This document shows positions 14,393 to 23,520 of a DNA stretch of 32,000 bases, piece after piece. The DNA is from Horticoccus luteus (GTDB taxonomy: Bacteria; Verrucomicrobiota; Verrucomicrobiia; Opitutales; Opitutaceae): the NCBI RefSeq assembly GCF_019464535.1, contig NZ_CP080507.1:330001-362000 (forward strand), written 5' to 3'. The stretch's first letter is position 1. Each line of letters opens with the position of its first letter. The notes beneath the pieces are model-generated. The model was given only the letters and a program-made list of their open reading frames with translations. It ran no database searches and had not been told where the DNA came from. The translations under genes and the position numbers were made by a program.

Positions 14393-15190
14393 TTAGCGCG
14401 GGGCGCGGCGCGGAAGCCACGGGATGAACGCCGAAGTGGTTTGCTGATAGCGGTGGTAAGCGTCGCCCTTGGAGCGGAGGGATTGTTGCTCGGCGATCGG
14501 AATGCCCGTGACGCGCAGGAGCAGGTAGAGAATCGCGGCGGGAGCGATGACGGCGAGCCAGCCCCACGGGGCGGCGAGCGCGAAAAGGAAATAGGCGACC
14601 CACACGAGCCATTCGCAAAAATAATTGGGGTGACGGCTGAAGCGCCAGAGGCCGACGTCGCAGACGCGGCCGCGGTGGGAACGGTGGCGTTTGAAGGCGG
14701 CGAGTTGCGCATCGGCGGTGGCTTCGCCGAGGACGGCGAGGAGCCAGAGGGCGGCAGCGACGAATTCAACCGGGTGAAAACGCGGATCGCGGTGGAGAGC
14801 GATCAAGAGGAACGGGACGCCGAGGAGCACGACGGAGGCGGCTTGGAGTTGGAAGAAGCCGGCCATTTTGGGCGCGAAGTTTCCCGCCCAGTCACGGCGA
14901 AGCTGGGCGTAACGGGTGTCTTCGGCGGGATGGTGCCGGGCGATGCGGAGGAGGAGATGCGTGCCGAGGCGCGCGCTCCAGATGACCGCGAGCGCGCCGA
15001 GGAGGAGACGGCGCGGCAGCCAGCCGGGGGCGGCGAACGCGTAGAACGCGACGAGCAGGCCGAAGGCGTAGGACCACGCGATGTCGACGATGCCGTAGTT
15101 GTCGAGGCGACGCGCGAGGAGGTAGAGGCAACCGAACACCACGCACAGGGCCACGAGTGCGGCGAGGGGGAGGAGGAGAGCGGGCGGCAT
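14393..15190 (-). CDS. DUF1295-family membrane protein (steroid-reductase/ICMT-like fold, 265 aa)
   Basis: Starts at the internal ATG 15190 (MPPALLLPLAAL..). It has multiple TM helices and the family motif GLWRFSRHPNYFCEW. Confidence 0.8.
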   Translation of the reverse strand: MPPALLLPLAALVALCVVFGCLYLLARRLDNYGIVDIAWSYAFGLLVAFYAFAAPGWLPRRLLLGALAVIWSARLGTHLLLRIARHHPAEDTRYAQLRRDWAGNFAPKMAGFFQLQAASVVLLGVPFLLIALHRDPRFHPVEFVAAALWLLAVLGEATADAQLAAFKRHRSHRGRVCDVGLWRFSRHPNYFCEWLVWVAYFLFALAAPWGWLAVIAPAAILYLLLRVTGIPIAEQQSLRSKGDAYHRYQQTTSAFIPWLPRRAPR

Positions 15191-15194
15191 GGCG

Positions 15195-15590
15195 TCAGGC
15201 GAGAAAGAGGACCGCGATGCCAGCGGCGGCGAGGAGCGGACCGAGCAGGCCGATGCGGTGGGTGCGGCGCGTGAGCACCTCGGAGAAGGGGGCGGTGCGC
15301 GGGACGGAGCAGAGCTCGGAGAGCGAGAACGCGGCGAGGGCGATGTTGCCGAGGATAAGGATGGCGATGAGCCAAGCGAGGCGGGCGAGCCAGTGGGTGC
15401 GTTTATAAAACGCCCAGACGTAAAACGTGAGAAAACCGAAGAACGCGTCGAAGAGCGTGGCGATGAACCACGGATGGGTGAGGACAGGACGCGGGACGGC
15501 GAACAGGGGACATTGCGCGCCGGCCCAGATCGTGACGGCGAGCATCGCGACGAGGACGGCCACGGCGAGAAGGCGCAGGGTGACAATCAT
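15195..15590 (-). CDS. Small integral membrane protein (131 aa, about 4 TM), unknown function
   Basis: Starts at ATG 15590 (MIVTLRLLAVAVLVAML..). ATGA overlaps the stop of the upstream DUF1365 gene, consistent with translational coupling. Confidence 0.65.
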   Translation of the reverse strand: MIVTLRLLAVAVLVAMLAVTIWAGAQCPLFAVPRPVLTHPWFIATLFDAFFGFLTFYVWAFYKRTHWLARLAWLIAILILGNIALAAFSLSELCSVPRTAPFSEVLTRRTHRIGLLGPLLAAAGIAVLFLA

Positions 15591-16471
15591 GATGCGGACG
15601 AAAGAGGTTTGGGAGCGGGCGGCGGGGCAGCGGGCGTGGCGAGGGTACCGTGGGGGCGATAGACGTTGCGCTGGTCGGCGGGGCGGGCGGATTTCGCGAA
15701 CCACGGGACACGTTTCCACCAAAGGCGCAGGGCGTGGAAATGGATCAACGCGATAATGCGGAGCGTGAGGAGCGGATACTTGAGCGTGAACCACGCGAGG
15801 CGTGCGCGGGTGAGCTCGCGCCGGTGGCCGCAGACGGTGCTGGTGAGGGTGCGGGCGCCGGCGGTGTAGTCGTCGATTTGGAGGGAGAGGACGTCGCCGG
15901 GGAGGCGGAGGTGGAAATCGAAGGCGACATCGACGTCGGAAAACGGGGAGACGTAGAAGTGTTTGGGGACGCGCAGGTGAAAGCCGTCGGCGGTGCGGGT
16001 CGGCGGAGCGAAGAAGTAGGGTTTTACCTCTCGGAAGGTGTTGGTGACTTCGGCGATGGCGGCGGCGGGCGCGCCGGAAGCGTCGGTGCAAAAGTAGAAT
16101 GAGACGGGGTTGAAAAGGTAGCCGGCGATGCGCGGGAGGGTGATGAGGACGATGCGTCCGCCGGACAGATCGACGCCGTGGGCGGCGGCGAAGGCGACGA
16201 CGCGAGACTTGAGGGAGGCGGACGCGGCGCCGGGCGGAGGGCGCGGCGGCGGTGTGTCGGGGTGGTGGGCGGGACCGTCGAGGGGCAGGTAGTCGCGTTC
16301 GCGAAAACTGTAGAGATTGCGACGGTTGACGGACAGAAGCGCGGAAGTCGCGGGCAGCGCGGCGAGTTCGTCGAGATCGATCGCGAAGTAGAAGAGCCGA
16401 TACGAAAACCGGTGGCGGCGCGGAGCGAACCGCGCGTGCATGATCTGGCATTCGTAGAGGCAGGAGTTCAC
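15587..16471 (-). CDS. DUF1365-family protein (UfaO-like)
   Basis: Proposed GTG start at 16471 gives (M)NSCLYECQIMHARFAPRRHRFSYRLFYFAIDLDEL, the typical DUF1365 N-terminus. The Arg-rich upstream part of the track ORF overlaps the oxidoreductase gene. Confidence 0.75.
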   Translation of the reverse strand: MNSCLYECQIMHARFAPRRHRFSYRLFYFAIDLDELAALPATSALLSVNRRNLYSFRERDYLPLDGPAHHPDTPPPRPPPGAASASLKSRVVAFAAAHGVDLSGGRIVLITLPRIAGYLFNPVSFYFCTDASGAPAAAIAEVTNTFREVKPYFFAPPTRTADGFHLRVPKHFYVSPFSDVDVAFDFHLRLPGDVLSLQIDDYTAGARTLTSTVCGHRRELTRARLAWFTLKYPLLTLRIIALIHFHALRLWWKRVPWFAKSARPADQRNVYRPHGTLATPAAPPPAPKPLSSAS

Positions 16472-16488
16472 GGAGTAGCGAGGTGGTG

Positions 16489-17823
16489 TCAGGCGACGGC
16501 GACGAGGGGAGCGGCGGCGGCTTCGGGTTCGGCGACGGCGAATTGAGCCCAAGGGTCGCAGCCGAGGAGTTGCGTGCTCAGTTGGACGGCGCTCAGGAGG
16601 GCGTCTTCGTGGAAACCGTAGCGGAAATAGCTGCCGGCGAAAAACGTGCGCGTGGTGTCGGCGGCGAGGGCGTTCAGGCGCGGGAGATGCGGCTGGGCGC
16701 GGAGGGCGGCGAGGTCGAAGAGCGGATGGTCGTAGGCGAGCGTGCGCAGGATGCGGCGGGGATCGATGGCTTCGGCGCGGTTGAGGGAGACGAAATAGTT
16801 TTCGCGGTCGGAGACGCCTTGGAGCGAGTTCATCCAATAATGGGTCGCAGTGGAGGCGGGGATGTCGGCGGCGATTTCGTAGTTCCAACTCGACTAGGCG
16901 AGGCGGTGCCGCGGCATGACGCGGGTGTCGGTGTGGACGGTCGCGACGTTGGGTTGATAGCGGAAGGCGCGGAGCAGGCGGGCTTCATCGGTGGTGGGCG
17001 CGGCGAGCAGGCGAAGGGCCTGGTCGGCGTGGCACGCGAAGATGACGTGATCGAAGAGGTGATGTTCACCGCGCGCGGTGCGGAGCGTGACGCCGAGGGC
17101 ATGCCGTGCGACCTGGGTGACGGGGTCGCCGAGGCGGATGCGGTCGCGCCAAGGCGCGGAGATCCGCTGCACGTAAACGCGCGAGCCGCCGGCGACGGTG
17201 CGCCACGGGTGCTGGGTGTGAAGGCCGAGAAAGCCGTGGTTGTGGAAAAAGCGCAGGAGCGTGACGGCGGGGAACGAAGCCATCTGCTCGGGCGGCGCGC
17301 TCCACACCGCGGAACTCATGGGCGCGAGGTAGAGGTGGAGAAAATCGGCGCCGTAGTTCCCGGCGCGGGCGTAGTCGGCGACGGTCAAGCCGTCGAGTGA
17401 GGCGGTGTCGGCGAGGGCGCGGACGGCTTCGGCGTTGAAGCGATTGATCGCGGCGAGCATGCGATAGAAGCGCGGGCGGAGGAGGTTGCGGCGCTGGGCG
17501 AAGAGGTGGTTGAGGGACGAGCCGCAAAACTCCAACCCTGTGCCGGCGTGGCGGACGCTGAACGACATCGGGGCCGGCTGGGTAGGAATCTCCAGCAGAT
17601 CGAAGAGGCGCGAGAGGTGCGGATAGGTGACGCGGTTGAACACCATGAAACCGGTATCAAGCGCGACGGGGTGAGCGGCGCCCGGCTCAGGGACGTCGAT
17701 CGTGTGGGCGTGACCGCCGAGGCGCGGTTCGGCCTCGAAGAGGGTCAGATCGAACTGACGATGAAGAAAATGGGCGCAGCCGAGGCCGGCGATACCCGTT
17801 CCAATAATGGCGAGGCGAGACAT
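16489..17823 (-). pseudogene. FAD-dependent oxidoreductase (amine-oxidase/COG2907-like, UfaD-like) interrupted by a single in-frame TAG
   Basis: Track ORFs 16894-17823 (N-terminus MSRLAIIGTGIAGLGCAHFL, a Rossmann GxGxxG) and 16489-16833 are in the same frame. Own translation across the gap reads ..VMPRHRLA*SSWNYEIAADIPASTATHYWMNSLQG.., with TAG at 16894-16896. Confidence 0.75.
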
Positions 17824-17939
17824 GTGCGAAAGCGCTCATGCAAATTGCAGGAGACACTGCCATTGTGCCGGGGGTGGACGACCGCGCGAATTGAAACACA
17901 CGAAATACGAAGACTTTAATTCACTTCGAAATGCATCCA

Positions 17940-17951
17940 GACCGCGCGGTC
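17940..17951. promoter_or_regulatory. Perfect 12-bp palindrome GACCGCGCGGTC upstream of the lipid-modification operon (candidate operator)
   Basis: It lies about 120 bp upstream of the start at 17823. A partial copy (ACCGCGCG) is at 17881-17888. The same 10-bp core is at 19453-19462. Confidence 0.4.
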
Positions 17952-18063
17952 GTGACGTAACGGCGGGACGGCGCGGTGGGCGAAGGGGGCTCGGACGACG
18001 CGGGCGAGCGGTGTCCGTGCCGGCGCGCAGCGACACGGACGCGGGCGGCGAAGGGGGAACCGC

Positions 18064-18096
18064 AAAAGCAAAAAAGCCGCGCCGAAGGAGCGCGGC
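18064..18096 (-). terminator. Rho-independent terminator of the desaturase gene
   Basis: On the minus strand, GCCGCGC-tccttcg-GCGCGGC is followed by TTTTTTGCTTTTG. It lies 19 bp after the stop at 18115. Confidence 0.75.
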
Positions 18097-18114
18097 GAGG
18101 AGGGGGAGGCGGCT

Positions 18115-19314
18115 TTACGCCTGCGGGTCGATGTCGTGGGTGCGCTCGGTGACGTCGCGGTGCAGGGCGGCGCGTTCGGGGCGCTTCGGGACCTGGACGC
18201 TGGACGCTTGCACGGTGGCGAGCGCGATGGCGGCGGCGGCGGGCACGACTTTCTTGAAGGCGGAGAACTCCGGGTGTGCGAGCGCGGCGCGTTGCGCGGC
18301 GAGAATCGAAGCGCGGTGATCGGCCTCTTCTCCTTCGTTCAAAACGGAGGAAGGGACGGCCTTCAGGCCCCAGATGAAACCGACGGAGGCGAGGGCTTTG
18401 AGGACGTAGTAGGTGATGTCCATTTCCCACCAGTAAAAGCCGTTGCGCGTGGCGCTTTGGTAGCGGTGGTGGTTGTTATGCCAGCCTTCGCCGAGGGTGA
18501 TGATCGCGAGGATGAAGCTGTTGCGGGAATCGTCGGTGGTCTTGAAGCGGCGGCGGCCCATGAGGTGCGCCATGGAGTTAATGCACGCGGTGCCGTGGAA
18601 GAGGGCGGTGGTGCTGATGAAGAAGCCCCAGACGAGCAGTTGCAGGCCGTTGGTGTGGAGGCCGGGCGCGAACGTGGCGAGGAGGGCGCCGAGGCCGTAA
18701 ATGCCGGCGGCAAAAAGGAGGGGGACGAGCAGGTCGAACCGGTTGAGGAACACGAGCTCCGGGAACTTCGCGAGGTCCTTCACCTTCGAATAATCGGTGG
18801 GAAAATTCCGGCGGCTGGTGATCCAGCCGATGTGGGACCAGAGAAAGCCGTGCACATGCGGGGAGTGCGCGTCCTCGGCCTCATCGGAATGCTGGTGATG
18901 ATGGCGATGATGATACGCCCACCAGAGCGCACCGCGTTGAACCGTGGTGCCGCCAAAAACGGCGAGCAGGAACTGACCGAAGCGGGAGGTGCTGTAGGTC
19001 TTGTGGGAAAAATAGCGGTGATAGATGCCGGTGACGAAAAACATCCGCACGAAGTAAAGGGCGACGGCGGTCCAGACGGCGAAGCTGCTGACGCCGGTCC
19101 AGATCACACCCAGGCAACCGAGGTGCAGAAAGATAAACGGCAGGCAGCGCACGACGTCGACGCGATCGGGTTCCTGGCGCATTTTTTCGGGACCGTCCGA
19201 CGTGTAATCGGAATCGAACCACTGAGCGAAGGCGGTGCTGATGGTGCGCCACGGAGTGCGGCGGGCGGAGGAGCGAGAGGCGACGGAAGACACGAAAGGT
19301 TTACAGGGACGCAC
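18115..19314 (-). CDS. Acyl-CoA/acyl-lipid (delta-9-type) fatty acid desaturase
   Basis: Three His boxes are present: HRYFSH, HHRHHHQHSD, HNNHHRY. Start is uncertain (GTG 19314 or ATG 19182). Confidence 0.85.
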   Translation of the reverse strand: MRPCKPFVSSVASRSSARRTPWRTISTAFAQWFDSDYTSDGPEKMRQEPDRVDVVRCLPFIFLHLGCLGVIWTGVSSFAVWTAVALYFVRMFFVTGIYHRYFSHKTYSTSRFGQFLLAVFGGTTVQRGALWWAYHHRHHHQHSDEAEDAHSPHVHGFLWSHIGWITSRRNFPTDYSKVKDLAKFPELVFLNRFDLLVPLLFAAGIYGLGALLATFAPGLHTNGLQLLVWGFFISTTALFHGTACINSMAHLMGRRRFKTTDDSRNSFILAIITLGEGWHNNHHRYQSATRNGFYWWEMDITYYVLKALASVGFIWGLKAVPSSVLNEGEEADHRASILAAQRAALAHPEFSAFKKVVPAAAAIALATVQASSVQVPKRPERAALHRDVTERTHDIDPQA

Positions 19315-19451
19315 GCACGGCAGGATGGCCAGCGAAATGTGCAGACGGTGGCGGAGGTGACGCCGGGCGAGGGCGATGGATTTTTTCGGACGGAGGGGGA
19401 GTTCAGTCTTCTCAAACGGGTTAGGATGCCTAATAAGCTGAGGGACCCCGT

Positions 19452-19463
19452 CACCGCGCGGTC
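19452..19463. promoter_or_regulatory. Palindrome cACCGCGCGGTc in the desaturase/sdhC divergent intergenic region (candidate operator)
   Basis: It has the same 10-bp palindromic core as 17941-17950. Confidence 0.35.
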
Positions 19464-19535
19464 GATGAACTTTACATCGACGGCGTCAACCCCGACGGTG
19501 AGCACCTTGTTTTTATCCCCGGCATCTTTTGCGCG

Positions 19536-20333
19536 ATGAACGTTACTGGCAGGCTTTTCAGCTCCTCAATCGGTCGCAAGTTTCTCATGGCTCTCACGGG
19601 CCTGGTCCTGATCGGCTTCGTGATCGGACATCTCGTGGGCAACCTGCAGATCTTTCAGGCGCCCGATCATATCAATGGTTACGCGCATTTCCTGCATGGG
19701 CTGGGGCCCTTGTTGTGGGTGGCGCGCATCGGCCTGCTGGTGTGTCTGGTGATTCACGTGTGGGCGGCGACGGTGCTTACGTTGGAGGATCGGGCGGCAC
19801 GGGGGGCGCAGCCGTATGCGAAAGAGCGTTGGCTGCGGGCGGCGGTGACATCGCGCTACATGCGGTTGAGCGGCTACGTGGTGCTGGCGTTCATCGTTTA
19901 CCACCTGGCGCAGTTCACGGTGGGCGTGGGCGGGCGTTTCACGGAGACGGCGTCGTTCAAGGAGAACCTTCCGCTCTACACGATGCAGAGCGATTATCAT
20001 GTGGCGGGTGTGCCGGTCGTGCACGCGGGGGCACAGGTGCTCGATGTGCACAGCATGGTCATCCTGGGATTTCAGAACCCGATCGTATCGCTGTTTTACA
20101 TCATCGCGGTGGGCTTGCTGGCGATGCATCTGCGGCACGGTTCGGATAGTTTGTTTCAGACGCTGGGCTGGCGATCCGGTCGTTGGGCCAACGGCCTGCG
20201 GCGGGTGACGCTGGCGTTCGCGATCCTTTATTTCATCGGCAATCTGATCATCCCGGGCGCCGTGTTGACCGGGATGAAAGGGCTGCGGCCGGGCTATCAT
20301 CCGCCCCTCACGCAGACCGCCCTGCATCGCTAA
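19536..20333 (+). CDS. sdhC: Succinate dehydrogenase/fumarate reductase cytochrome b subunit, b558 (single large subunit) type
   Basis: The N-terminus ..SSIGRKFLMALTGLVLIGFVIGHLVGNLQIF is typical of the b558 family. It has 5 TM helices and lies directly upstream of sdhA/sdhB. Confidence 0.85.
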   Translation: MNVTGRLFSSSIGRKFLMALTGLVLIGFVIGHLVGNLQIFQAPDHINGYAHFLHGLGPLLWVARIGLLVCLVIHVWAATVLTLEDRAARGAQPYAKERWLRAAVTSRYMRLSGYVVLAFIVYHLAQFTVGVGGRFTETASFKENLPLYTMQSDYHVAGVPVVHAGAQVLDVHSMVILGFQNPIVSLFYIIAVGLLAMHLRHGSDSLFQTLGWRSGRWANGLRRVTLAFAILYFIGNLIIPGAVLTGMKGLRPGYHPPLTQTALHR

Positions 20334-20351
20334 CCTTTTCGCCGCCCAGCC

Positions 20352-22274
20352 ATGGCCCAACTCGATTCCAAAACTCCTTCCGGCCCGCTCGCGGACAAGT
20401 GGCGCAAGCACAAGGCGGACATCCGCCTCGTCAACCCGGCCAACAAGCGCAAATACGAGATCATCGTGGTGGGCGCCGGCCTGGCGGGTGCCTCGGCGGC
20501 CTCGACGCTCGCAGATCTGGGTTACAAGGTGAAGAGCTTCGTGTTTCACGATTCGCCGCGCCGGGCGCATTCGATCGCGGCGCAGGGCGGCATCAATGCA
20601 GCGAAGAATTACCAGAACGACGGCGACAGCGTTTACCGGTTGTTCTACGACACGATCAAGGGCGGCGATTACCGTTCGCGGGAAGCGAACGTGCAGCGGC
20701 TGGCGGAGGTGTCAGTCAACATCATCGATCAATGCGCGGCGCTCGGCGTGCCGTTTGCGCGGGAATACGGCGGGTTGCTGGCGAACCGGTCGTTCGGCGG
20801 TGCACAGGTTTCGCGGACGTTTTATGCCCGCGGGCAGACGGGGCAGCAGTTGCTGTTGGGCGCGTATTCCTCGCTCGCGCGCACCATCGCCGCCGGCACG
20901 GTCGAGATGCACACGCACAGCGAGATGCTGGATCTGGTGATAGTGGACGGACAGGCGAAGGGCATTGTGGTCCGCAATCTGATCACGGGCGAAATCACGC
21001 GGCATGCGGGCGATGCGGTGATTCTGGCGACGGGCGGCTACGGCAACGTTTTCGATCTCTCGACGTATGCGCGGCAGAGCAATGCGACGGCGATCTGGCG
21101 GGCTTACAAACGCGGCGCGTGTTTTGCGAACCCGTGTTTCACGCAGATCCATCCGACGTGCATCCCGGTCACGGGCGATTATCAATCGAAGCTCACGTTG
21201 ATGTCGGAGTCGTTGCGCAACGACGGCCGCATCTGGGTGCCGAAGAAGGCGGAGGACCGGCTGAAGGATCCGAGTTCGATTCCCGATGCGGCGCGCGATT
21301 ACTACCTCGAACGCATCTATCCGGGGTTTGGCAACCTGTGTCCGCGCGACGTGGCGTCGCGGGCGGCGAAGCGCGTGTGCGACGAAGGTCGCGGGGTTGG
21401 CGAGAGCGGACTCGGCGTTTACCTCGATTTTTCCGACGCGATCAAGCGCCTCGGGGAGACGGGCGTGCGCGAACGCTACGGCAATCTTTTCGATATCTAT
21501 CACGAGATCACGAACGAGAGCGCCTACCAGAAGCCGATGCGGATTTACCCGGCCGTGCACTATACGATGGGCGGCTTGTGGGTGGACTATAACCTGATGT
21601 CCAACGTCCCGGGCTTGTTCGTGTTGGGCGAGGCGAACTACTCCGATCACGGCGCGAACCGCCTCGGCGCGTCGGCGTTGATGCAAGGGCTGGCGGATGG
21701 ATTTTTCGTCATTCCCTACACGATCGCCGATTATCTGGCGTCGCAGAAACCCGGCTCCCGGCCCTCGCCCGACGGCGCGGAGTTCAAGGCGGCCGAGGCG
21801 GCGGTGACGGGCATGACGAAGCGTCTGCTCGACAACAAAGGGAGCGAGCCGGTGCGGCATTTCCACAAACGGCTGGGCAAGATTTTGTGGGAGCACTGCG
21901 GCATGGCGCGCACGCGCGAGGGCTTGGAGAAGGCGTTGCAGGAGATCCCGGCGTTGCGCGAAGAATATTGGGCGAATGTGCGGGTGCCGGGTTCAGGCGA
22001 CACGCTCAACCAGTCGTTGGAGCAGGCGGGCCGCGTGGCGGATTTTCTCGAGCTCGGCGAACTGATGTGCCTCGACGCGTTGAAGCGCGAAGAGAGCTGC
22101 GGCTGCCATTTCCGCGAGGAATACCAATATCCCGACGGCGAGTGCAAACGCGACGATGTGAACTTCAGCCACGTGGCGGCGTGGGAGTTTCAGGGCGAGG
22201 GCAAGGCACCGCTCCGCAACACCGAACCGCTCAACTACGAAGTCACGAAGATGAGCGTGCGTAACTACAAGTAA
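20352..22274 (+). CDS. sdhA: Succinate dehydrogenase/fumarate reductase flavoprotein subunit (640 aa)
   Basis: FAD-binding motifs [12 protein letters not shown] and [14 protein letters not shown] are present. Length and C-terminal domain are typical. Confidence 0.95.
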   Translation: MAQLDSKTPSGPLADKWRKHKADIRLVNPANKRKYEIIVVGAGLAGASAASTLADLGYKVKSFVFHDSPRRAHSIAAQGGINAAKNYQNDGDSVYRLFYDTIKGGDYRSREANVQRLAEVSVNIIDQCAALGVPFAREYGGLLANRSFGGAQVSRTFYARGQTGQQLLLGAYSSLARTIAAGTVEMHTHSEMLDLVIVDGQAKGIVVRNLITGEITRHAGDAVILATGGYGNVFDLSTYARQSNATAIWRAYKRGACFANPCFTQIHPTCIPVTGDYQSKLTLMSESLRNDGRIWVPKKAEDRLKDPSSIPDAARDYYLERIYPGFGNLCPRDVASRAAKRVCDEGRGVGESGLGVYLDFSDAIKRLGETGVRERYGNLFDIYHEITNESAYQKPMRIYPAVHYTMGGLWVDYNLMSNVPGLFVLGEANYSDHGANRLGASALMQGLADGFFVIPYTIADYLASQKPGSRPSPDGAEFKAAEAAVTGMTKRLLDNKGSEPVRHFHKRLGKILWEHCGMARTREGLEKALQEIPALREEYWANVRVPGSGDTLNQSLEQAGRVADFLELGELMCLDALKREESCGCHFREEYQYPDGECKRDDVNFSHVAAWEFQGEGKAPLRNTEPLNYEVTKMSVRNYK

Positions 22275-22290
22275 GCCGAGGAACATTCTC

Positions 22291-23100
22291 ATGGTCGCCG
22301 ACAACACGAAGAAAAACATCAGCGTGACGCTGCGGGTCTGGCGTCAGGCCGGGCCGAAGGACGCCGGCCGGTTCGTCGAATATCGCGCCACGAATCTCAA
22401 TCCCGACATGTCGTTTTTGGAGATGCTCGACGTGGTGAACGACGAGCTGACCCTGAAAGGCGAGGAGCCGATCGCGTTTGCGCACGACTGCCGCGAAGGC
22501 ATCTGCGGCACGTGTTCGCTGCAGATCGATGGCAAGCCGCATGGGCCGGGCGAGGGCATCGCGACCTGCCAGCTCTACATGCGCGCGTTTCGCGACGGCG
22601 ACGTGATCGTGGTCGAGCCGTTCCGCGCGCGGGCATTTCCGATTGTGAAGGACCTCGTGTCGGACCGCAGCGCGTTCGACAAGATTCAGCAGGCGGGCGG
22701 CTTCATCACCGCGCGCACCGGTTCGGCGCCGGATGCGAATTCGATCCTGGTGCCGAAGGCGGATGCGGACCTGGCGATGGACGCGGCGACGTGCATCCAA
22801 TGCGGCGCCTGCGTGGCGGCGTGCAAGAACTCGAGCGCGATGCTGTTTGTCGGCGCGAAAGTTTCGCACCTGGGCCTGCTGCCGCAAGGGCAGGCGGAAC
22901 GCGATCGCCGGGTGCTTTCGATGGTCGCCACGATGGATTCGCTGGGCTTCGGCAACTGCACGAACCAGGCGGAGTGCAGCGCCGCGTGCCCGAAACTCAT
23001 CAGCCAGGATTTCATCGCGCGTCTGAATCGCGACTATATCAAGGCGTCGTTCCGCGCGGCGTTTAAGCCGGAGCCGGCGGCGGCGGTGGGCGGCCACTAA
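22291..23100 (+). CDS. sdhB: Succinate dehydrogenase/fumarate reductase iron-sulfur subunit
   Basis: Three Cys clusters are present: [33 protein letters not shown]. Confidence 0.95.
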   Translation: MVADNTKKNISVTLRVWRQAGPKDAGRFVEYRATNLNPDMSFLEMLDVVNDELTLKGEEPIAFAHDCREGICGTCSLQIDGKPHGPGEGIATCQLYMRAFRDGDVIVVEPFRARAFPIVKDLVSDRSAFDKIQQAGGFITARTGSAPDANSILVPKADADLAMDAATCIQCGACVAACKNSSAMLFVGAKVSHLGLLPQGQAERDRRVLSMVATMDSLGFGNCTNQAECSAACPKLISQDFIARLNRDYIKASFRAAFKPEPAAAVGGH

Positions 23101-23130
23101 GCCGCAGGGGACGAACCGATTTTGCGAAAG

Positions 23131-23156
23131 GCGCGCCCGGTGGGGCGCGCTTTTTT
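23131..23156 (+). terminator. Rho-independent terminator after sdhB
   Basis: GCGCGCCC-GGTG-GGGCGCGC is followed by TTTTTT. Confidence 0.85.
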
Positions 23157-23248
23157 GTGGGCGGAAAGCGGACGGAGACGCGCGGCGGGCAAGATTCTGT
23201 AACTTTTCGCGGTGAGGGGTGTTTTGTGGACATCAACCACTTCTCATC

Positions 23249-23449
23249 ATGAAGACTTCACTCATCTCCATTCTCGCGGTGTCCGCCGCTCTTGTCGTTG
23301 TCCCGTTCAGCATCGAGGTCGTCGGTTCGCTGCTGTTCGCAGCGGGCATCGTGACGATGCTGATCACCGATTACCGCGTCACCAGCCCGGCCGCGACGGA
23401 TTCGCTACTGGCGCGGCGGCGGTCTGAATCGCTGCGGCTCGCGGCGTGA
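23249..23449 (+). CDS. Hypothetical small membrane protein (66 aa, two hydrophobic segments)
   Basis: ATG at 23249 (MKTSLISILAVSAALVVVPF..GSLLFAAGIVTMLI). It is bracketed by the sdh terminator and its own terminator. Confidence 0.45.
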   Translation: MKTSLISILAVSAALVVVPFSIEVVGSLLFAAGIVTMLITDYRVTSPAATDSLLARRRSESLRLAA

Positions 23450-23473
23450 GGCAGCGCGCCGCCGGTTTACCTG

Positions 23474-23520
23474 CTCCTGTCGATCGGCGGATGACGTCCG
23501 CCCGGTCGCAGGAGTTTTTT
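23474..23520 (+). terminator. Rho-independent terminator (compound hairpin CTCCTG..GGCGGA-tgacg-TCCGCC..CAGGAG + T6)
   Basis: Direct inspection. The T-run at 23515-23520 is on the + strand only. It overlaps the stop codon of the convergent lipoprotein gene. Confidence 0.7.

Noticed and set aside
12138-14427. ORFs 12138-13157 and 13132-14427 on the + strand
   Set aside because: They are antisense shadows of the aldo/keto reductase and cfa-like genes. They show compositional bias only and no motifs.
13360-16888. Long N-terminal extensions of track ORFs 13360-14769, 14393-15586, 15195-16451 and 15587-16888
   Set aside because: The extensions are Ser/Pro/Arg-rich and overlap the upstream gene in another frame. 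Internal starts give proteins that begin at the family-typical N-termini and yield a compact operon.
19315-19535. Possible riboswitch, tRNA or sRNA in the 220-bp desaturase/sdhC intergenic region
   Set aside because: I could recognise no tRNA-like T-arm or anticodon structure and no known riboswitch consensus. Only the palindrome reported separately stands out.
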